A stretch of 64,000 nucleotides of DNA from a virus, in IMG/VR virus record IMGVR_UViG_3300005805_000045, positions 32,001 to 96,000 of that record, one strand, 5' to 3'. Below the pieces are notes generated by a model. The model saw nothing but the letters and a program-made list of their open reading frames with translations, ran no database searches and was not told where the DNA came from. The translations under genes and the position numbers were made by a program. Below, piece after piece: positions 46,711-57,051 of this stretch (position 1 is the first letter of the stretch; every line of letters begins with the position of its first letter).

Positions 46711-49067
46711 GAACGAATTTTCGTGACATACACGTTACCAGATGTATTGCCTGCATATGAAAGAGTTGCCACAAATGTTGCTGGTATTGAATTAGAACCG
46801 TTTGCAGTTACAGTAGGAACAGATGTATATCCTATGCCTGGTTCAGTGATATTGACAGATACTATTGAACCAGTTGCATTGACTGTGAACGATGCGTTTG
46901 CACCTTTGCCGTCTCCAGTAATAATTAAATAGCTATTTGCATTATACAATCTGCCAGCATTATTAATCGATATGCTCAAAACATTACTTTTTTGAACAAC
47001 GTAGAAATAATCACTAAAAGACTCTGTGATCATGTAGATGCTATTCTTAACGTTGGCATAATTACCACTTGTAAATTCAAGAAACACGTTGGCATTTACT
47101 GATAGTCCATGAGAATCGTATGATACGTTAATTGTGTTTCCTGTTTTTTCATACTCTCTTTCTGCAATAATGTAACTTGACGCATTAACATAACCAGCTT
47201 TATTAACGTTATAGATTGTGTTTGCATCTTCATTAGCAGAAACTTCGCTGGCTGTATTTTCATTAATATATTCATGCTCACCGAAAATTTTCAGTCCAGC
47301 TGGATGATTGATGTCTTTTACGGCTGTTCTATAATCAGCAATCGATTTGGTCGATTTCACAACATAAGAGAAGATTTGATAATAGTCTCTATCTTGAAGA
47401 AAATTATACGAGCTTAGATGTCCATCATCATTCAGATATCTACCTGGATATGAATATGCACCCTGAACGATGAATGGAGTGGCTTGTGCTCTTCCATCAC
47501 CACTACCAGTAAGATCAATTGTTGTATCAGGTGAATAACCACTGCCTCTATTTGAAATAGAAATTGATTGAATCGAACCAATAGATGATGTTAGTGACGT
47601 GAGATTTGCACCTGAACCTAGTATTGCTTTGACAACAATATTAGCACCATTACCTGTCGCAGAAATTACATTTGCTCTGGGTAAGAAGTTTTCATCAAAT
47701 CCTGATCCACCGACAAAGTGTCCATGAATTTGTTGGAATCTAACTTGACTGATTGCATTCGCATTTTGATTATCTACATTTGTGACATTTGCTACAGCAC
47801 CTGTGCCGTAACCACCAGTTACGTTGATAAACTCAATCACATCACCAATTTGATAATTCTGTCCGCCATTAGCAATTTCCATGGCACCAAGAATGCCCAA
47901 TCCAAATATGACTGTATTGGGCAGAATACTGATTGATGGTTTTGTTGTATAATTTGTTCCCGAATTGAGAATCAAAACTGATCTGGCAGGGCCTGTGTTG
48001 GCATAAACCCAATATGACATGCCGTTTGCAATCCATGAATTTACATTTGCTGAATTGAGATTGCTGTATACAGTATTATTGATTGGTGTATTAGCTTCAA
48101 GTGAGATTGTGCTTGCAACAATGTTATATGAATTAGGATGTACTGAACCATCAGCAACGACCGAAGTTACGTTAGCATTTGCACCAGCACCGCCACCGCC
48201 AGAAATCAATAAGAAATTTCCGTTTTGGAATCCAGCACCACCATATAGAACAGTGATGTCAGCAACGTTACCCGTTGAAACCGATGTTACAGTAGCACAA
48301 GCTCCTGTACCTGTATTACTAACAAATATAACTGGATCACCAACTGTGTAGTTTGATCCTGCATTTGTAATAGATACAGAACTAATAACGCCACCAAATA
48401 CATTTGATGTTAGTGGAAATGATCCTGAACTGTCTGAATAAAGGGCAAAAACAGTTTCGCCATCAGCAAATTCACCCTTTATGTTTGACAGAATGAGTTC
48501 ATCAATCTGTTGACCTTGTTCAAAATATCTGTCAACACGTTCGACAATGGCTGATGCTAGTGATGTATTACCGACTATCTGAGTTGATATAAATTTCTCA
48601 AGAGCAAAAATTGACGTGTTTGATGTTGAATTAAATTTGGTATCTGTAACACGCAATGATTTTTGAACAAACCATTTGCCATCAGATGCTCTGAGAATGT
48701 CTTTTTTAGGATAATAGAAATCAATTTCTTCGTTATACAAGATTCGAAAAAGAAATCTGGTAGCTTTTTCTGTACCTTTAGCTCTATAGAAATCTTTGAT
48801 ATTCTTGATAAGAATGTCTTTATCAGCCAGAGCAAAGTCTGGCAGAAAGTTCATAAAGATCGAATATAGCTTATTGGCATAATCATCTGGTGCCAAATCC
48901 ACATCAAAATGTGTTTGAATATTTTTGATTGTATTGACAGCTTTATCTTCTTGTTCTAGATACTCATAATATTTTTCAAGAAATGTTACGAATCCTTGAT
49001 GATCATTTCTGACAAAAAAAGGAACTTGAGAGTTTATGAGATGGCTGATTTTATTGTTTGATATCAT
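46707..49067 (-). CDS. gp7: baseplate wedge initiator (gp7-like)
   Basis: FLEKYYEYLE, IKDFYRAKGT, LQDRDYYQIFSYVVKS, HPAGLKIFGE; ATG 49067 preferred over TTG 49079. Confidence 0.78.
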   Translation of the reverse strand: MISNNKISHLINSQVPFFVRNDHQGFVTFLEKYYEYLEQEDKAVNTIKNIQTHFDVDLAPDDYANKLYSIFMNFLPDFALADKDILIKNIKDFYRAKGTEKATRFLFRILYNEEIDFYYPKKDILRASDGKWFVQKSLRVTDTKFNSTSNTSIFALEKFISTQIVGNTSLASAIVERVDRYFEQGQQIDELILSNIKGEFADGETVFALYSDSSGSFPLTSNVFGGVISSVSITNAGSNYTVGDPVIFVSNTGTGACATVTSVSTGNVADITVLYGGAGFQNGNFLLISGGGGAGANANVTSVVADGSVHPNSYNIVASTISLEANTPINNTVYSNLNSANVNSWIANGMSYWVYANTGPARSVLILNSGTNYTTKPSISILPNTVIFGLGILGAMEIANGGQNYQIGDVIEFINVTGGYGTGAVANVTNVDNQNANAISQVRFQQIHGHFVGGSGFDENFLPRANVISATGNGANIVVKAILGSGANLTSLTSSIGSIQSISISNRGSGYSPDTTIDLTGSGDGRAQATPFIVQGAYSYPGRYLNDDGHLSSYNFLQDRDYYQIFSYVVKSTKSIADYRTAVKDINHPAGLKIFGEHEYINENTASEVSANEDANTIYNVNKAGYVNASSYIIAEREYEKTGNTINVSYDSHGLSVNANVFLEFTSGNYANVKNSIYMITESFSDYFYVVQKSNVLSISINNAGRLYNANSYLIITGDGKGANASFTVNATGSIVSVNITEPGIGYTSVPTVTANGSNSIPATFVATLSYAGNTSGNVYVTKIRS

Positions 49068-49068
49068 C

Positions 49069-51144
49069 TTATTCCGCAATCATCGTGATCTGTTTGCTTT
49101 TTGAATCGCCCTCATCTATAACCAATATTCTATTTCTTAAAGGTCTAATAATATCATCATCTGCTTGTATATTGAATGTGACAATATCATCATCATAAAA
49201 ATCATTTTCCAGAACAGAAAGCACTTTAATTGTATTTAATGTAATTGTGCCATTCTCGTAGTCAATTGTGCCAGCGTCATTGTTTATGATAAACTTTTCA
49301 CCGTTTGATTTGTAATAAAATGTTCTGAGTTTACCAATCTTTGATTGCAGAATGACAACAGCAGATCCACCATAACCTTCTCCACCAGATAGATTAGCTA
49401 GTGCATTTGAATAGTCACTACCAGAATTTGTTATTTCAAATGCGTATAGTTTACCGCCAGCAATTCTTGCTCTAGCTGTAGCACCTTTGCCATCACCCGT
49501 AATTGTCACAGTTGGAGCACTTGTATATCCAGCACCAGGATCTAGAATGTCAATTCTTTCAATACCCGTTTGTGCTTCTGGAACTTCTTCAATGAATACA
49601 TTTCTTGAGACTCCAGAAGCATCAAGAATTTCTATTTCTGGATAAGTCGAAAGTTTGTTTTCATGTGGCAACTGCTTTATTGGCATCTTATATTGAATAT
49701 TGTACGTTTTTTTCACATCAAACGTTAATGGTACTCTTTTTTGAACGTAAATATCAATGTCGCTACCTGTTATTGAAGGGTCGCAGTTTTCAATATATGA
49801 TTGGAGTTTTGATTTTCTAAACGTTGAAGTAAAGTCAGAAAGTTCCTGATCATTATAATCTGAAATAGCAGCTTTTACTAATTGCATCAATTCGCCAGCA
49901 CTTTTTGATGTTGCTTTTGAATCATATGTTACGCTACCCTGTACAATAACATAAACGTAATCAGGATCAATAATTTCTGGTGTAACTGTTAATATGTTCC
50001 TGCTTTGAATCAATTCTTCTTTGATTTGTTCTTTTTCAAAGTTGGTTAGCTGATAGTTGCCTTTTGTTTTGATAGAAATATAAACTTTTCCATAAACGAC
50101 AGGATCATTATCTTCTCCACCCCAAACAGAAACAGAATCAATATAGTTGTAGTCTTTTAGAAGAAGTGTTTCGTAATCGTTTTTAGTTACTGCTCTGTTT
50201 TGTGTTGTGTAGAAATATGGTGCACGGAATCGAACTTGCTCGATTGTTTCTTTGTCTGAACCACCATATGAAGAAACAGCAGATGAAACAGTAACATTAT
50301 CTTTATACTCACCACCAATTTGATCTGTAAATGTGAATCCTGTGATGTTATTTGATTGTGCACCAACGTTGTCTAGATACGTACAAATAACGATATTTCC
50401 ATCTTTTGGTTTTTTACCTAAAATATCGTCACCAAAATAGAATGTATAATTTAGTTTTTCGTTTTCTTCAATAAAGTATACCATAGAATTTGATGTAAGT
50501 TCAGTAATGTCTTCAGCTAATGTATATACTTTTGTATCTGTGTTTGATGATGATTCTTGAATAGAAACTGTAATAGATGTTGTGTCTACGTTAGCTGATG
50601 GAATCTCAAATCGTCTCTTTTCGTTTGTAGAATCTACAAGATATTGAAGCGTGATAACTTCACCTTGTTTGATGAAAACGTTTGAAAAAGCAAAAGAGCC
50701 GTTTGTTTTTAGTGCTGTATTTGAATTGAGTGTTACGAAAGGATAGTTTATTCCGTCTTTGTCATATCCAAGAAGTCTGGTATATTTTTCAAGTGTGACT
50801 GATGTTGCTGCGTTATCTTCTGTATTAGATGGTGTAACAAAAATATCGACTTTAGACAATGCACCTTGCTTGCTGCTAGGAACATAGTTCATCAACTTAG
50901 CATGAGAAAGAACAGATGCTCTGATTTGCGCAGTATCAAGGAACATCTCATTACCAACCATATTGAGATAGTATCCCATATAGTGAGTGTTATATGCTAG
51001 AATGTCCAGCAGAACAGCCATACCAGAACCTTCAAAGTCAAAGTCTTGAAACTCTGACTGACTTCTCAAAAACGTTTTTAGATTTTCTCTAATCGAAAGA
51101 AAATCAAGTTCTGTTACTCTTAGTGCTGATTTTTCTACGGCCAT
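49069..51144 (-). CDS. gp6: baseplate wedge subunit
   Basis: ELDFLSIRENLK, DFEGSG, LAYNTHY, QNRAVTKNDY, WGGEDNDP..YGKV. Confidence 0.95.
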   Translation of the reverse strand: MAVEKSALRVTELDFLSIRENLKTFLRSQSEFQDFDFEGSGMAVLLDILAYNTHYMGYYLNMVGNEMFLDTAQIRASVLSHAKLMNYVPSSKQGALSKVDIFVTPSNTEDNAATSVTLEKYTRLLGYDKDGINYPFVTLNSNTALKTNGSFAFSNVFIKQGEVITLQYLVDSTNEKRRFEIPSANVDTTSITVSIQESSSNTDTKVYTLAEDITELTSNSMVYFIEENEKLNYTFYFGDDILGKKPKDGNIVICTYLDNVGAQSNNITGFTFTDQIGGEYKDNVTVSSAVSSYGGSDKETIEQVRFRAPYFYTTQNRAVTKNDYETLLLKDYNYIDSVSVWGGEDNDPVVYGKVYISIKTKGNYQLTNFEKEQIKEELIQSRNILTVTPEIIDPDYVYVIVQGSVTYDSKATSKSAGELMQLVKAAISDYNDQELSDFTSTFRKSKLQSYIENCDPSITGSDIDIYVQKRVPLTFDVKKTYNIQYKMPIKQLPHENKLSTYPEIEILDASGVSRNVFIEEVPEAQTGIERIDILDPGAGYTSAPTVTITGDGKGATARARIAGGKLYAFEITNSGSDYSNALANLSGGEGYGGSAVVILQSKIGKLRTFYYKSNGEKFIINNDAGTIDYENGTITLNTIKVLSVLENDFYDDDIVTFNIQADDDIIRPLRNRILVIDEGDSKSKQITMIAE

Positions 51145-51145
51145 A

Positions 51146-51571
51146 TTATCTCAGTCTTTCTAAAAATAAGTTAATTACTGTTGATTGTCCAGTATTTATA
51201 GGTGCAAACGAAATTCTTGCATTATAACCATTATTGTCGGGATCGGCAGTGACTGTTACGCCGTCATCATTGTAATCATCAACAAGAATTACTCTGGGTT
51301 CAAAATTTCTTATGACTTCAATTATTGCATTTTTGAGAAATATCGCTGTAAACTCATTCATGTTGTCAAAGAGAATCTTTTGAGCACTCGACCCAATGCC
51401 AGGTCTGAACTTTCTATCATAGTAATTTGTTAAGACGAGATTTCGTACAGATCGTTTGATAGCATCCACACCTGTTTTCTTGACAACATCTTTGGTTGTG
51501 GGATGTGCCATGAAATCCAGATCGAGATCGGAGTAGTCAAATTTTCTTGTTATTCTGCTGTTTTGTGCCAT
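51146..51571 (-). CDS. gp25: baseplate wedge subunit
   Basis: YSDLDLDF..HP, AIKRSVRNLVLT, NFEPRV, LERLR. Confidence 0.93.
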   Translation of the reverse strand: MAQNSRITRKFDYSDLDLDFMAHPTTKDVVKKTGVDAIKRSVRNLVLTNYYDRKFRPGIGSSAQKILFDNMNEFTAIFLKNAIIEVIRNFEPRVILVDDYNDDGVTVTADPDNNGYNARISFAPINTGQSTVINLFLERLR

Positions 51572-51575
51572 GTCT

Positions 51576-51582
51576 TATTTAT
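51576..51582 (-). promoter_or_regulatory. late promoter of gp25
   Basis: TATTTAT on + strand, 4 nt from the ATG. Confidence 0.55.
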
Positions 51583-51584
51583 CT

Positions 51585-52367
51585 TTAATTCCAATCAGCA
51601 AAAACGGGCGCAGATGCACCTACAGTTACGTCTGTTAATGAATCGGCGTCAGCATCTTTTGCCATGCCAGAGTTGAAATAAATTTTATTTCCTATAATAG
51701 CTATATCAGCACCAGCTGTAGTTTTGATGCCAAATTCACTCGCTTTCATAAGTGTTTCTGTGCCTGATCTGGTTGCGACTTGTTGTTTAGCTACGATTCC
51801 AGCTGAACCACTTTTAGCGGTCAATTGTGCTGTTGTCTTACCAGTCAGTGTTAATTGTCCATCGGTTGCTTCAATTTGCTGTGATTTATCTGCTTTTATT
51901 GCTATATTCTGTGCATTCTTAGTAATATCACCAGTAGAAACTGTATTATGATTACCTATTACACCAACATTCATATTTTTACCTACAGTTGTATTATGAT
52001 TACCTACTACTGTTGAATCATAGTCTCGTTCAAATCTATCAGTTACACCACCTGTTACTCGTGTGTCTTTTGTGCCGGTTACTTCCATTCTATTTTCACC
52101 AAAGACAATATTGTATTGCCCATTGTGTGTTGTTATTTGTAGTCCACCATCAGCTAGAAATTGAATACTTGTTCCACCTCTATGCTGAAGAGTGATTGTT
52201 TCAGCCCCTTTAGTATCGTCTAAAATGAAGCTATGGCCCGATTGTGTATTCCACATAGTTTGATGTGGATATTTACCACCTGCTTTTCTGCCATCTTCTC
52301 TGCTCTGATATTGAGTGGGTGAATCTGGTCCTGCAGGATTTTTATTACTTACATCAGAACTTGCCAT
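51585..52367 (-). CDS. gp5: baseplate spike, gp5 C-terminal beta-helix part
   Basis: YPHQTMWNTQSGHSFILDDTKGAETITLQHRGGT; VVGNHNTTVGKNMNVGVIGN repeats. Confidence 0.8.
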   Translation of the reverse strand: MASSDVSNKNPAGPDSPTQYQSREDGRKAGGKYPHQTMWNTQSGHSFILDDTKGAETITLQHRGGTSIQFLADGGLQITTHNGQYNIVFGENRMEVTGTKDTRVTGGVTDRFERDYDSTVVGNHNTTVGKNMNVGVIGNHNTVSTGDITKNAQNIAIKADKSQQIEATDGQLTLTGKTTAQLTAKSGSAGIVAKQQVATRSGTETLMKASEFGIKTTAGADIAIIGNKIYFNSGMAKDADADSLTDVTVGASAPVFADWN

Positions 52368-52382
52368 GATATGTTTCTCCTA

Positions 52383-53645
52383 TTATTTTAGACTACCAAA
52401 AATTTTTCCGATGAATGCACCGCCACCCTGATGAGTAAATTTATTTACAAGATTACCTATCTGTGCTGGATTTACATGATTTGTTGCTGCTATCATTTGT
52501 TTGAATTTACCTGCTAGAGGTCCTGGAAGTCTATCTATAATTTGCATAATGTCTGCTCCACCTGAACCAAAAGCAGCAAGAACAGGATTTGCACCAGGTG
52601 TGCCGCCAGCAGAAGAAAGCAAAGATGAAAATGCTTGTATAGCATCTTGAATACCTTTGCTTTGTGCAATTGAGACGTTACCGTTTGCGTCTAGAACTTG
52701 AGTAATTTCGCCATAAGCACTTTGATATTTGATTTCTGTGCCTTTTAATTTGTCTAAACCAAACAGAGATACGTCTGTTTGTAGTTTAAACATGACATCC
52801 ATCAAGTCTGATAAGTTTGTTGCTTGTGCCATAAGTGCTATAGCATTTTCCATAAAGACTTCTTCATTGACACGAGCAGTTGTGATGTATGTGCCACCCT
52901 CACTATATTCAATATCTGGTACAAGAAATGAGATACTTTCAAATGCTGCCAAAAGTTCTAGTGGCATTTTCTCAGTGATCTTTTTCTTATTTTTCTTACT
53001 TAGATTCTTGAACATTTTGCCCAATGACATATTTATTCCAGGAAGCATAGAGAGCATAGATGGTGAAAGTATACCAGCTGCTGCTTGTTTTGCTGTTGGT
53101 ATAGGTCCAATTCCAGGCAATAAGTGACCAGCAAGCTGAAACAGTTCTGATTGACTAGGAAGTCCTTGTCTCAGAGAATGTGAATATCCTGCAACTTGTT
53201 TCTCTTTTGGTATTTTTACTCTAGCACCTCTTCTATTTGTTTCTTGAATATCAGGTTTAGGCATCATGCTGAGAATACGTCTGAATGCTTCCATCAAAAA
53301 TGGATTTGCCATAAACAAATTGATGTTGCCTGGTTGTGAAATTGTAGGATTCACGACATCGTTTGCTGTTCCTAGAACGACACAATCATTTCTTCCAGTT
53401 GTCGTAAAACAGTATACTAATGAACCAGGATCAAATGGTCTAGCAAATTCGTTTTGGTTCTTTCTGATTTGTGTGCTCAAAGCAATATCATCAGGAGTAA
53501 CACCTGTCCAAGAGTGTTCTGTTGGTGACCAAATTTGAATATTTCCAGTCTTTAGTGGATCTTGTTTTTGATCGTCAACACCTCCTTGACCATAAACAAT
53601 GCCAATTTGAATGCCGCCGTCACCAGGAAAATTCTTAGGATACAT
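52383..53645 (-). CDS. gp5 N-terminal OB-fold-like protein with unknown helical C-terminal domain
   Basis: IGIV...QDPLKTGNIQI...PGSLVYCF...VVLG resembles the gp5/VgrG OB domain; ATG 53645 follows gp27 stop. Confidence 0.55.
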   Translation of the reverse strand: MYPKNFPGDGGIQIGIVYGQGGVDDQKQDPLKTGNIQIWSPTEHSWTGVTPDDIALSTQIRKNQNEFARPFDPGSLVYCFTTTGRNDCVVLGTANDVVNPTISQPGNINLFMANPFLMEAFRRILSMMPKPDIQETNRRGARVKIPKEKQVAGYSHSLRQGLPSQSELFQLAGHLLPGIGPIPTAKQAAAGILSPSMLSMLPGINMSLGKMFKNLSKKNKKKITEKMPLELLAAFESISFLVPDIEYSEGGTYITTARVNEEVFMENAIALMAQATNLSDLMDVMFKLQTDVSLFGLDKLKGTEIKYQSAYGEITQVLDANGNVSIAQSKGIQDAIQAFSSLLSSAGGTPGANPVLAAFGSGGADIMQIIDRLPGPLAGKFKQMIAATNHVNPAQIGNLVNKFTHQGGGAFIGKIFGSLK

Positions 53646-53646
53646 G

Positions 53647-54873
53647 TTATACTTCTCCTCGCCCAACTGTTGTTGATACACAATCTATTGTTGTCGTTGC
53701 ATAACCACCACGTTTGATGTTATGCTTCATATGTAGAATCAAATAGGTACCCGTTCCATAATTCATTGCTCTTCCAGAAGGATCACTTAAATTTGGAAGT
53801 TCGAGTGCAATGACTTTACCTGCATGAAGAGCAGGATTCCAAGGAACAGTCATTCTTAGAGCAATCTTATCTTGTTCAAGCAACGACATTCTTGCTTGTC
53901 TTTTTTGCTGTGATACTTGTAATGAATCGGGGCACGTGCCTTGTTGAGCTGCTGATGATGAATTTGATAGTCCCATCTTTATAACAGAACTTCCTATTCC
54001 GCAACCTAAAGTTTGATTTCCAAAAAGACTGAATTGCTTAAATACAGGATTAAATACAGCCATAGAATTATTATCTCCGCCATTCAAACCTATACCATTT
54101 AGAGCATCAGATAGTAAATCAAAATCACAAGGAAATGATAGTGAAAGGGCAGAAAGTGGATTATAATTGCCTGATCTTATGCCTGTATCTTCATACATGA
54201 ATGGTTTAGATAAAACTGGTTGTTGTCTACTCATTCTATAGAGTGATCTAAAATGATGAGTAGATATATTTTCAAATGTCATAAAATGAAGAAATGAAGG
54301 ATCCATATTTCCTGTATACGCCACAGATGCTTGTTGAGATACCACTTGAAACGGATGTATATTTGGAGCAATGTATGGTCTTGCTGGACTAGACGGTTCA
54401 GTCCTTAGTCTTTGTACTCCTGCACATTGACGTAGAACATCTTCAACAACTTGTGTTGGAGTAGCACATTTCCATGATTTACTCACAAGAGTTTCAGCAT
54501 CAAATATCATAGTTGGATCACACAATCTTAGTAGATATTCTTGATTTCGTATGCCGTTGAAAAATTTTCTATTTTCAAGTCTATAAAGTGTCTGTTCAGT
54601 ATACAAAGTTGGAGACATATCAAAGAATTTTTCCAACTGTGGTTTTGTGATTCTTATGTTAACTTTTGCTCCTTTAAAATACTCATGATATTTTACTGGC
54701 ATACGTTGTGCATAATCATGTATTCTTATAGTTGTTTGTAGACCTGGTGTCAACAAACTTTCACCCATAATAATTTCCATTTCAGTAAAATCTTCCAGCA
54801 ACGAAGCTGGAATATTGCCTTCATATTCAATTTGAAAGTCTGCAAGAAAACTTTCTGGTCCTTCAAAATCCAT
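53647..54873 (-). CDS. gp27: baseplate hub protein (gp27-like)
   Basis: ESLLTP, FMTFEN..HHFRSL, VPWNPALHAGKVI, GTYLILHMKH; between gp53 and gp5. Confidence 0.65.
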   Translation of the reverse strand: MDFEGPESFLADFQIEYEGNIPASLLEDFTEMEIIMGESLLTPGLQTTIRIHDYAQRMPVKYHEYFKGAKVNIRITKPQLEKFFDMSPTLYTEQTLYRLENRKFFNGIRNQEYLLRLCDPTMIFDAETLVSKSWKCATPTQVVEDVLRQCAGVQRLRTEPSSPARPYIAPNIHPFQVVSQQASVAYTGNMDPSFLHFMTFENISTHHFRSLYRMSRQQPVLSKPFMYEDTGIRSGNYNPLSALSLSFPCDFDLLSDALNGIGLNGGDNNSMAVFNPVFKQFSLFGNQTLGCGIGSSVIKMGLSNSSSAAQQGTCPDSLQVSQQKRQARMSLLEQDKIALRMTVPWNPALHAGKVIALELPNLSDPSGRAMNYGTGTYLILHMKHNIKRGGYATTTIDCVSTTVGRGEV

Positions 54874-55565
54874 TATACTAGCCTTCTAATGAAAGGAGTT
54901 CTTCTGTTAATTTGTACGAGATTATCAAATTCACGAACAATCTGAGGATAGTATTCTGGTTTAATAATCTTGATCGATCTTTTCTTTTCATTCAAATCTA
55001 CTTCATAATCATAGTTTGTGATTCTTCTTGTGAACTCAGTTTCTTTAACTGTTCTACCGTTTGCAAAATTTACAGGTTCATATTCTTGAGTTTTTGGTAA
55101 GTTATCGTATGTATCATAAGGAACAGTCATATTATTCACAGTTAATTGATCTTCATTTATCCAAAATACATCCTCAGTAACAATTCCACTTAACTGTTCT
55201 TCTCTAATCACAACCTTTTCATAGTGATGATACGTTGTTTGAGCGGTTTCAATTGATCCATATTTTCCTATGATGTAATTATTGAAATCTTTATAGTTCA
55301 ATGGCCAGTCGTATTGTGGATCTACAATGTCGTTTGCTAGTAATATTATCCAATGCGCTTCAGGATTATTGTATACTTTATCTGCCAAAATTTCTGGCGT
55401 CTGATCATCTTCGACATCATAAACATAATATGCATTTATGTTTGCAAGAACAGATCGAATTACTTGAATCCGAAAAAATATATTTGTGACAGATTGAAGT
55501 GATGTAAGCTGTTTTCCTGCAATATCATAGCTTATTTGTGGAAATTTATTGAAAAACTGAGTCAT
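54873..55565 (-). CDS. gp53: baseplate wedge subunit
   Basis: FFNKFP, TPEILADKVY..HWIILLANDI..WPL, TNYDYE..NEKKRSI. Confidence 0.92.
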   Translation of the reverse strand: MTQFFNKFPQISYDIAGKQLTSLQSVTNIFFRIQVIRSVLANINAYYVYDVEDDQTPEILADKVYNNPEAHWIILLANDIVDPQYDWPLNYKDFNNYIIGKYGSIETAQTTYHHYEKVVIREEQLSGIVTEDVFWINEDQLTVNNMTVPYDTYDNLPKTQEYEPVNFANGRTVKETEFTRRITNYDYEVDLNEKKRSIKIIKPEYYPQIVREFDNLVQINRRTPFIRRLV

Positions 55566-56540
55566 TTAGAATCCCTGAAGTATTCGTTTTTTATGAATTG
55601 GTTCTACTTCTCTTAATCCCATGCTAAGTCTAACAGCAACTGGATGATCGTTTTCAAATGCTGAGAAATTACCTGATATAGGTGTATAGTCTACTTCTAT
55701 TCTGTCCATCACACAAGTGTTTATTCGAATCAATTCTTTGTTCTCTTTGCCTTTTGAAAAAAATGTAATATCAAAATCAGCTGGATTGATAAATGTGAAC
55801 GATGCTGTTGTTGGATTGAGTTCAGGAGCAGCATGAAATCTTAGAGTTTTTACGATATTCTTTATTGTTTTAGATTCGCCTTCATTTCTTGGAATCATTA
55901 TGAGTTCAAATGCAAACTGTCTTAGAGCGACAGAGGTAAAAAGAATTTCTACAGCAGGATTGATCGGATTTCCTGTAAGAGCAGCTATATTACTAACTCC
56001 TGTACTACCTACAACTTCTCCAATGGCATCTATAGCTCTAGCGCCTGCCGATACACCATTTTGCATCGATTGAAACATATTTCTAAATCCAGAAGTTTGT
56101 GCTGCTAATGCAACACCTAATCTTCCACCTAATGCTGTTAGAGATATTTCCTCATAAACATTATTTGTGTTGAAAATCAGTGGTGTTGGCATGTATAATG
56201 CTATTGATTGTGCTATTCTTTTTGTGCTTCTTGCACCAAATATACCTCTAGCATTTCCTGTAATACCACGCTCAAGAAAACCATCACTTTGACGCAATCT
56301 TTCAACTTTTGATATATCGTTTGTTGATGTGGAATATCTTTGTCCTAATGACATTGAACCAAATTCACCGACATTTAAAAGTTTTTCGGAAACATTTATG
56401 TTTATCATCATATAGTGACTCAGATGTGATTGTCCCAAATCAGAGGGAAACACTAGAGACCTAAAGTCATAATTGCTTGTCAAAAATGATGAGTTATTCG
56501 ATGATGTTACGTCTAGCCATTCTGTAGGTACACCTGGCAT
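55566..56540 (-). CDS. gp48: baseplate tail tube cap
   Basis: IALYMP, INPAVEILF...LRQFAFE..IPRNEGE, CVMDRIEVDYTP. Confidence 0.85.
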   Translation of the reverse strand: MPGVPTEWLDVTSSNNSSFLTSNYDFRSLVFPSDLGQSHLSHYMMININVSEKLLNVGEFGSMSLGQRYSTSTNDISKVERLRQSDGFLERGITGNARGIFGARSTKRIAQSIALYMPTPLIFNTNNVYEEISLTALGGRLGVALAAQTSGFRNMFQSMQNGVSAGARAIDAIGEVVGSTGVSNIAALTGNPINPAVEILFTSVALRQFAFELIMIPRNEGESKTIKNIVKTLRFHAAPELNPTTASFTFINPADFDITFFSKGKENKELIRINTCVMDRIEVDYTPISGNFSAFENDHPVAVRLSMGLREVEPIHKKRILQGF

Positions 56541-56565
56541 GTCTTATCCTTTTAAGAGTTCTATA

Positions 56566-56587
56566 TATTTATACATCAAAATAAATA
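56566..56587. promoter_or_regulatory. back-to-back divergent late promoters (gp48 leftward, gp4 rightward)
   Basis: TATTTATA at 56566-56573 and ATAAATA at 56581-56587. Confidence 0.7.
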
Positions 56588-56592
56588 GTAGC

Positions 56593-57039
56593 ATGAACAC
56601 AAAGACGTACAAAGGAAAATTTACGCCCAAGAATCCCAAGAAGTATAAGGGTGATCCAACCAATATCATCTTTAGGTCTTTATGGGAACGAAAGGTCATG
56701 AAATGGCTCGATGAGAATACTAATGTCATTGAGTGGCAGAGCGAAGAAATTGCTATTCCATACATATCACCCGTAGATAACAGATATCATAGATACTTCC
56801 CAGACTTTCTTGTCAAAGTCAAAACACCAGATGGCAATACAAAGACCATGATGCTTGAAGTAAAGCCCTCAGCACAAACCAAAGAACCCAAAGTTTCCAA
56901 GAAAAAGACACAGAAATACATCACCGAAGTTATGACTTGGGGCGTCAATCAAGCCAAGTGGAAGTATGCTAAAGAATACTGTGCTGATCGCAACTGGGAA
57001 TTTAAACTCATAACTGAAGCCGAACTTGGCATAAAATAG
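56593..57039 (+). CDS. gp4: head completion nuclease (TnsA-like)
   Basis: YKGKFTPKNPKKYKGDP, RSLWE, WQSEE, RYFPDF, EVKP, NQAKW; ATG 56593. Confidence 0.93.
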   Translation: MNTKTYKGKFTPKNPKKYKGDPTNIIFRSLWERKVMKWLDENTNVIEWQSEEIAIPYISPVDNRYHRYFPDFLVKVKTPDGNTKTMMLEVKPSAQTKEPKVSKKKTQKYITEVMTWGVNQAKWKYAKEYCADRNWEFKLITEAELGIK

Positions 57040-57046
57040 ATAAATA
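57040..57046 (+). promoter_or_regulatory. late promoter of gp2
   Basis: ATAAATA 5 nt before the ATG. Confidence 0.55.
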
Positions 57047-57051
57047 CAGAT

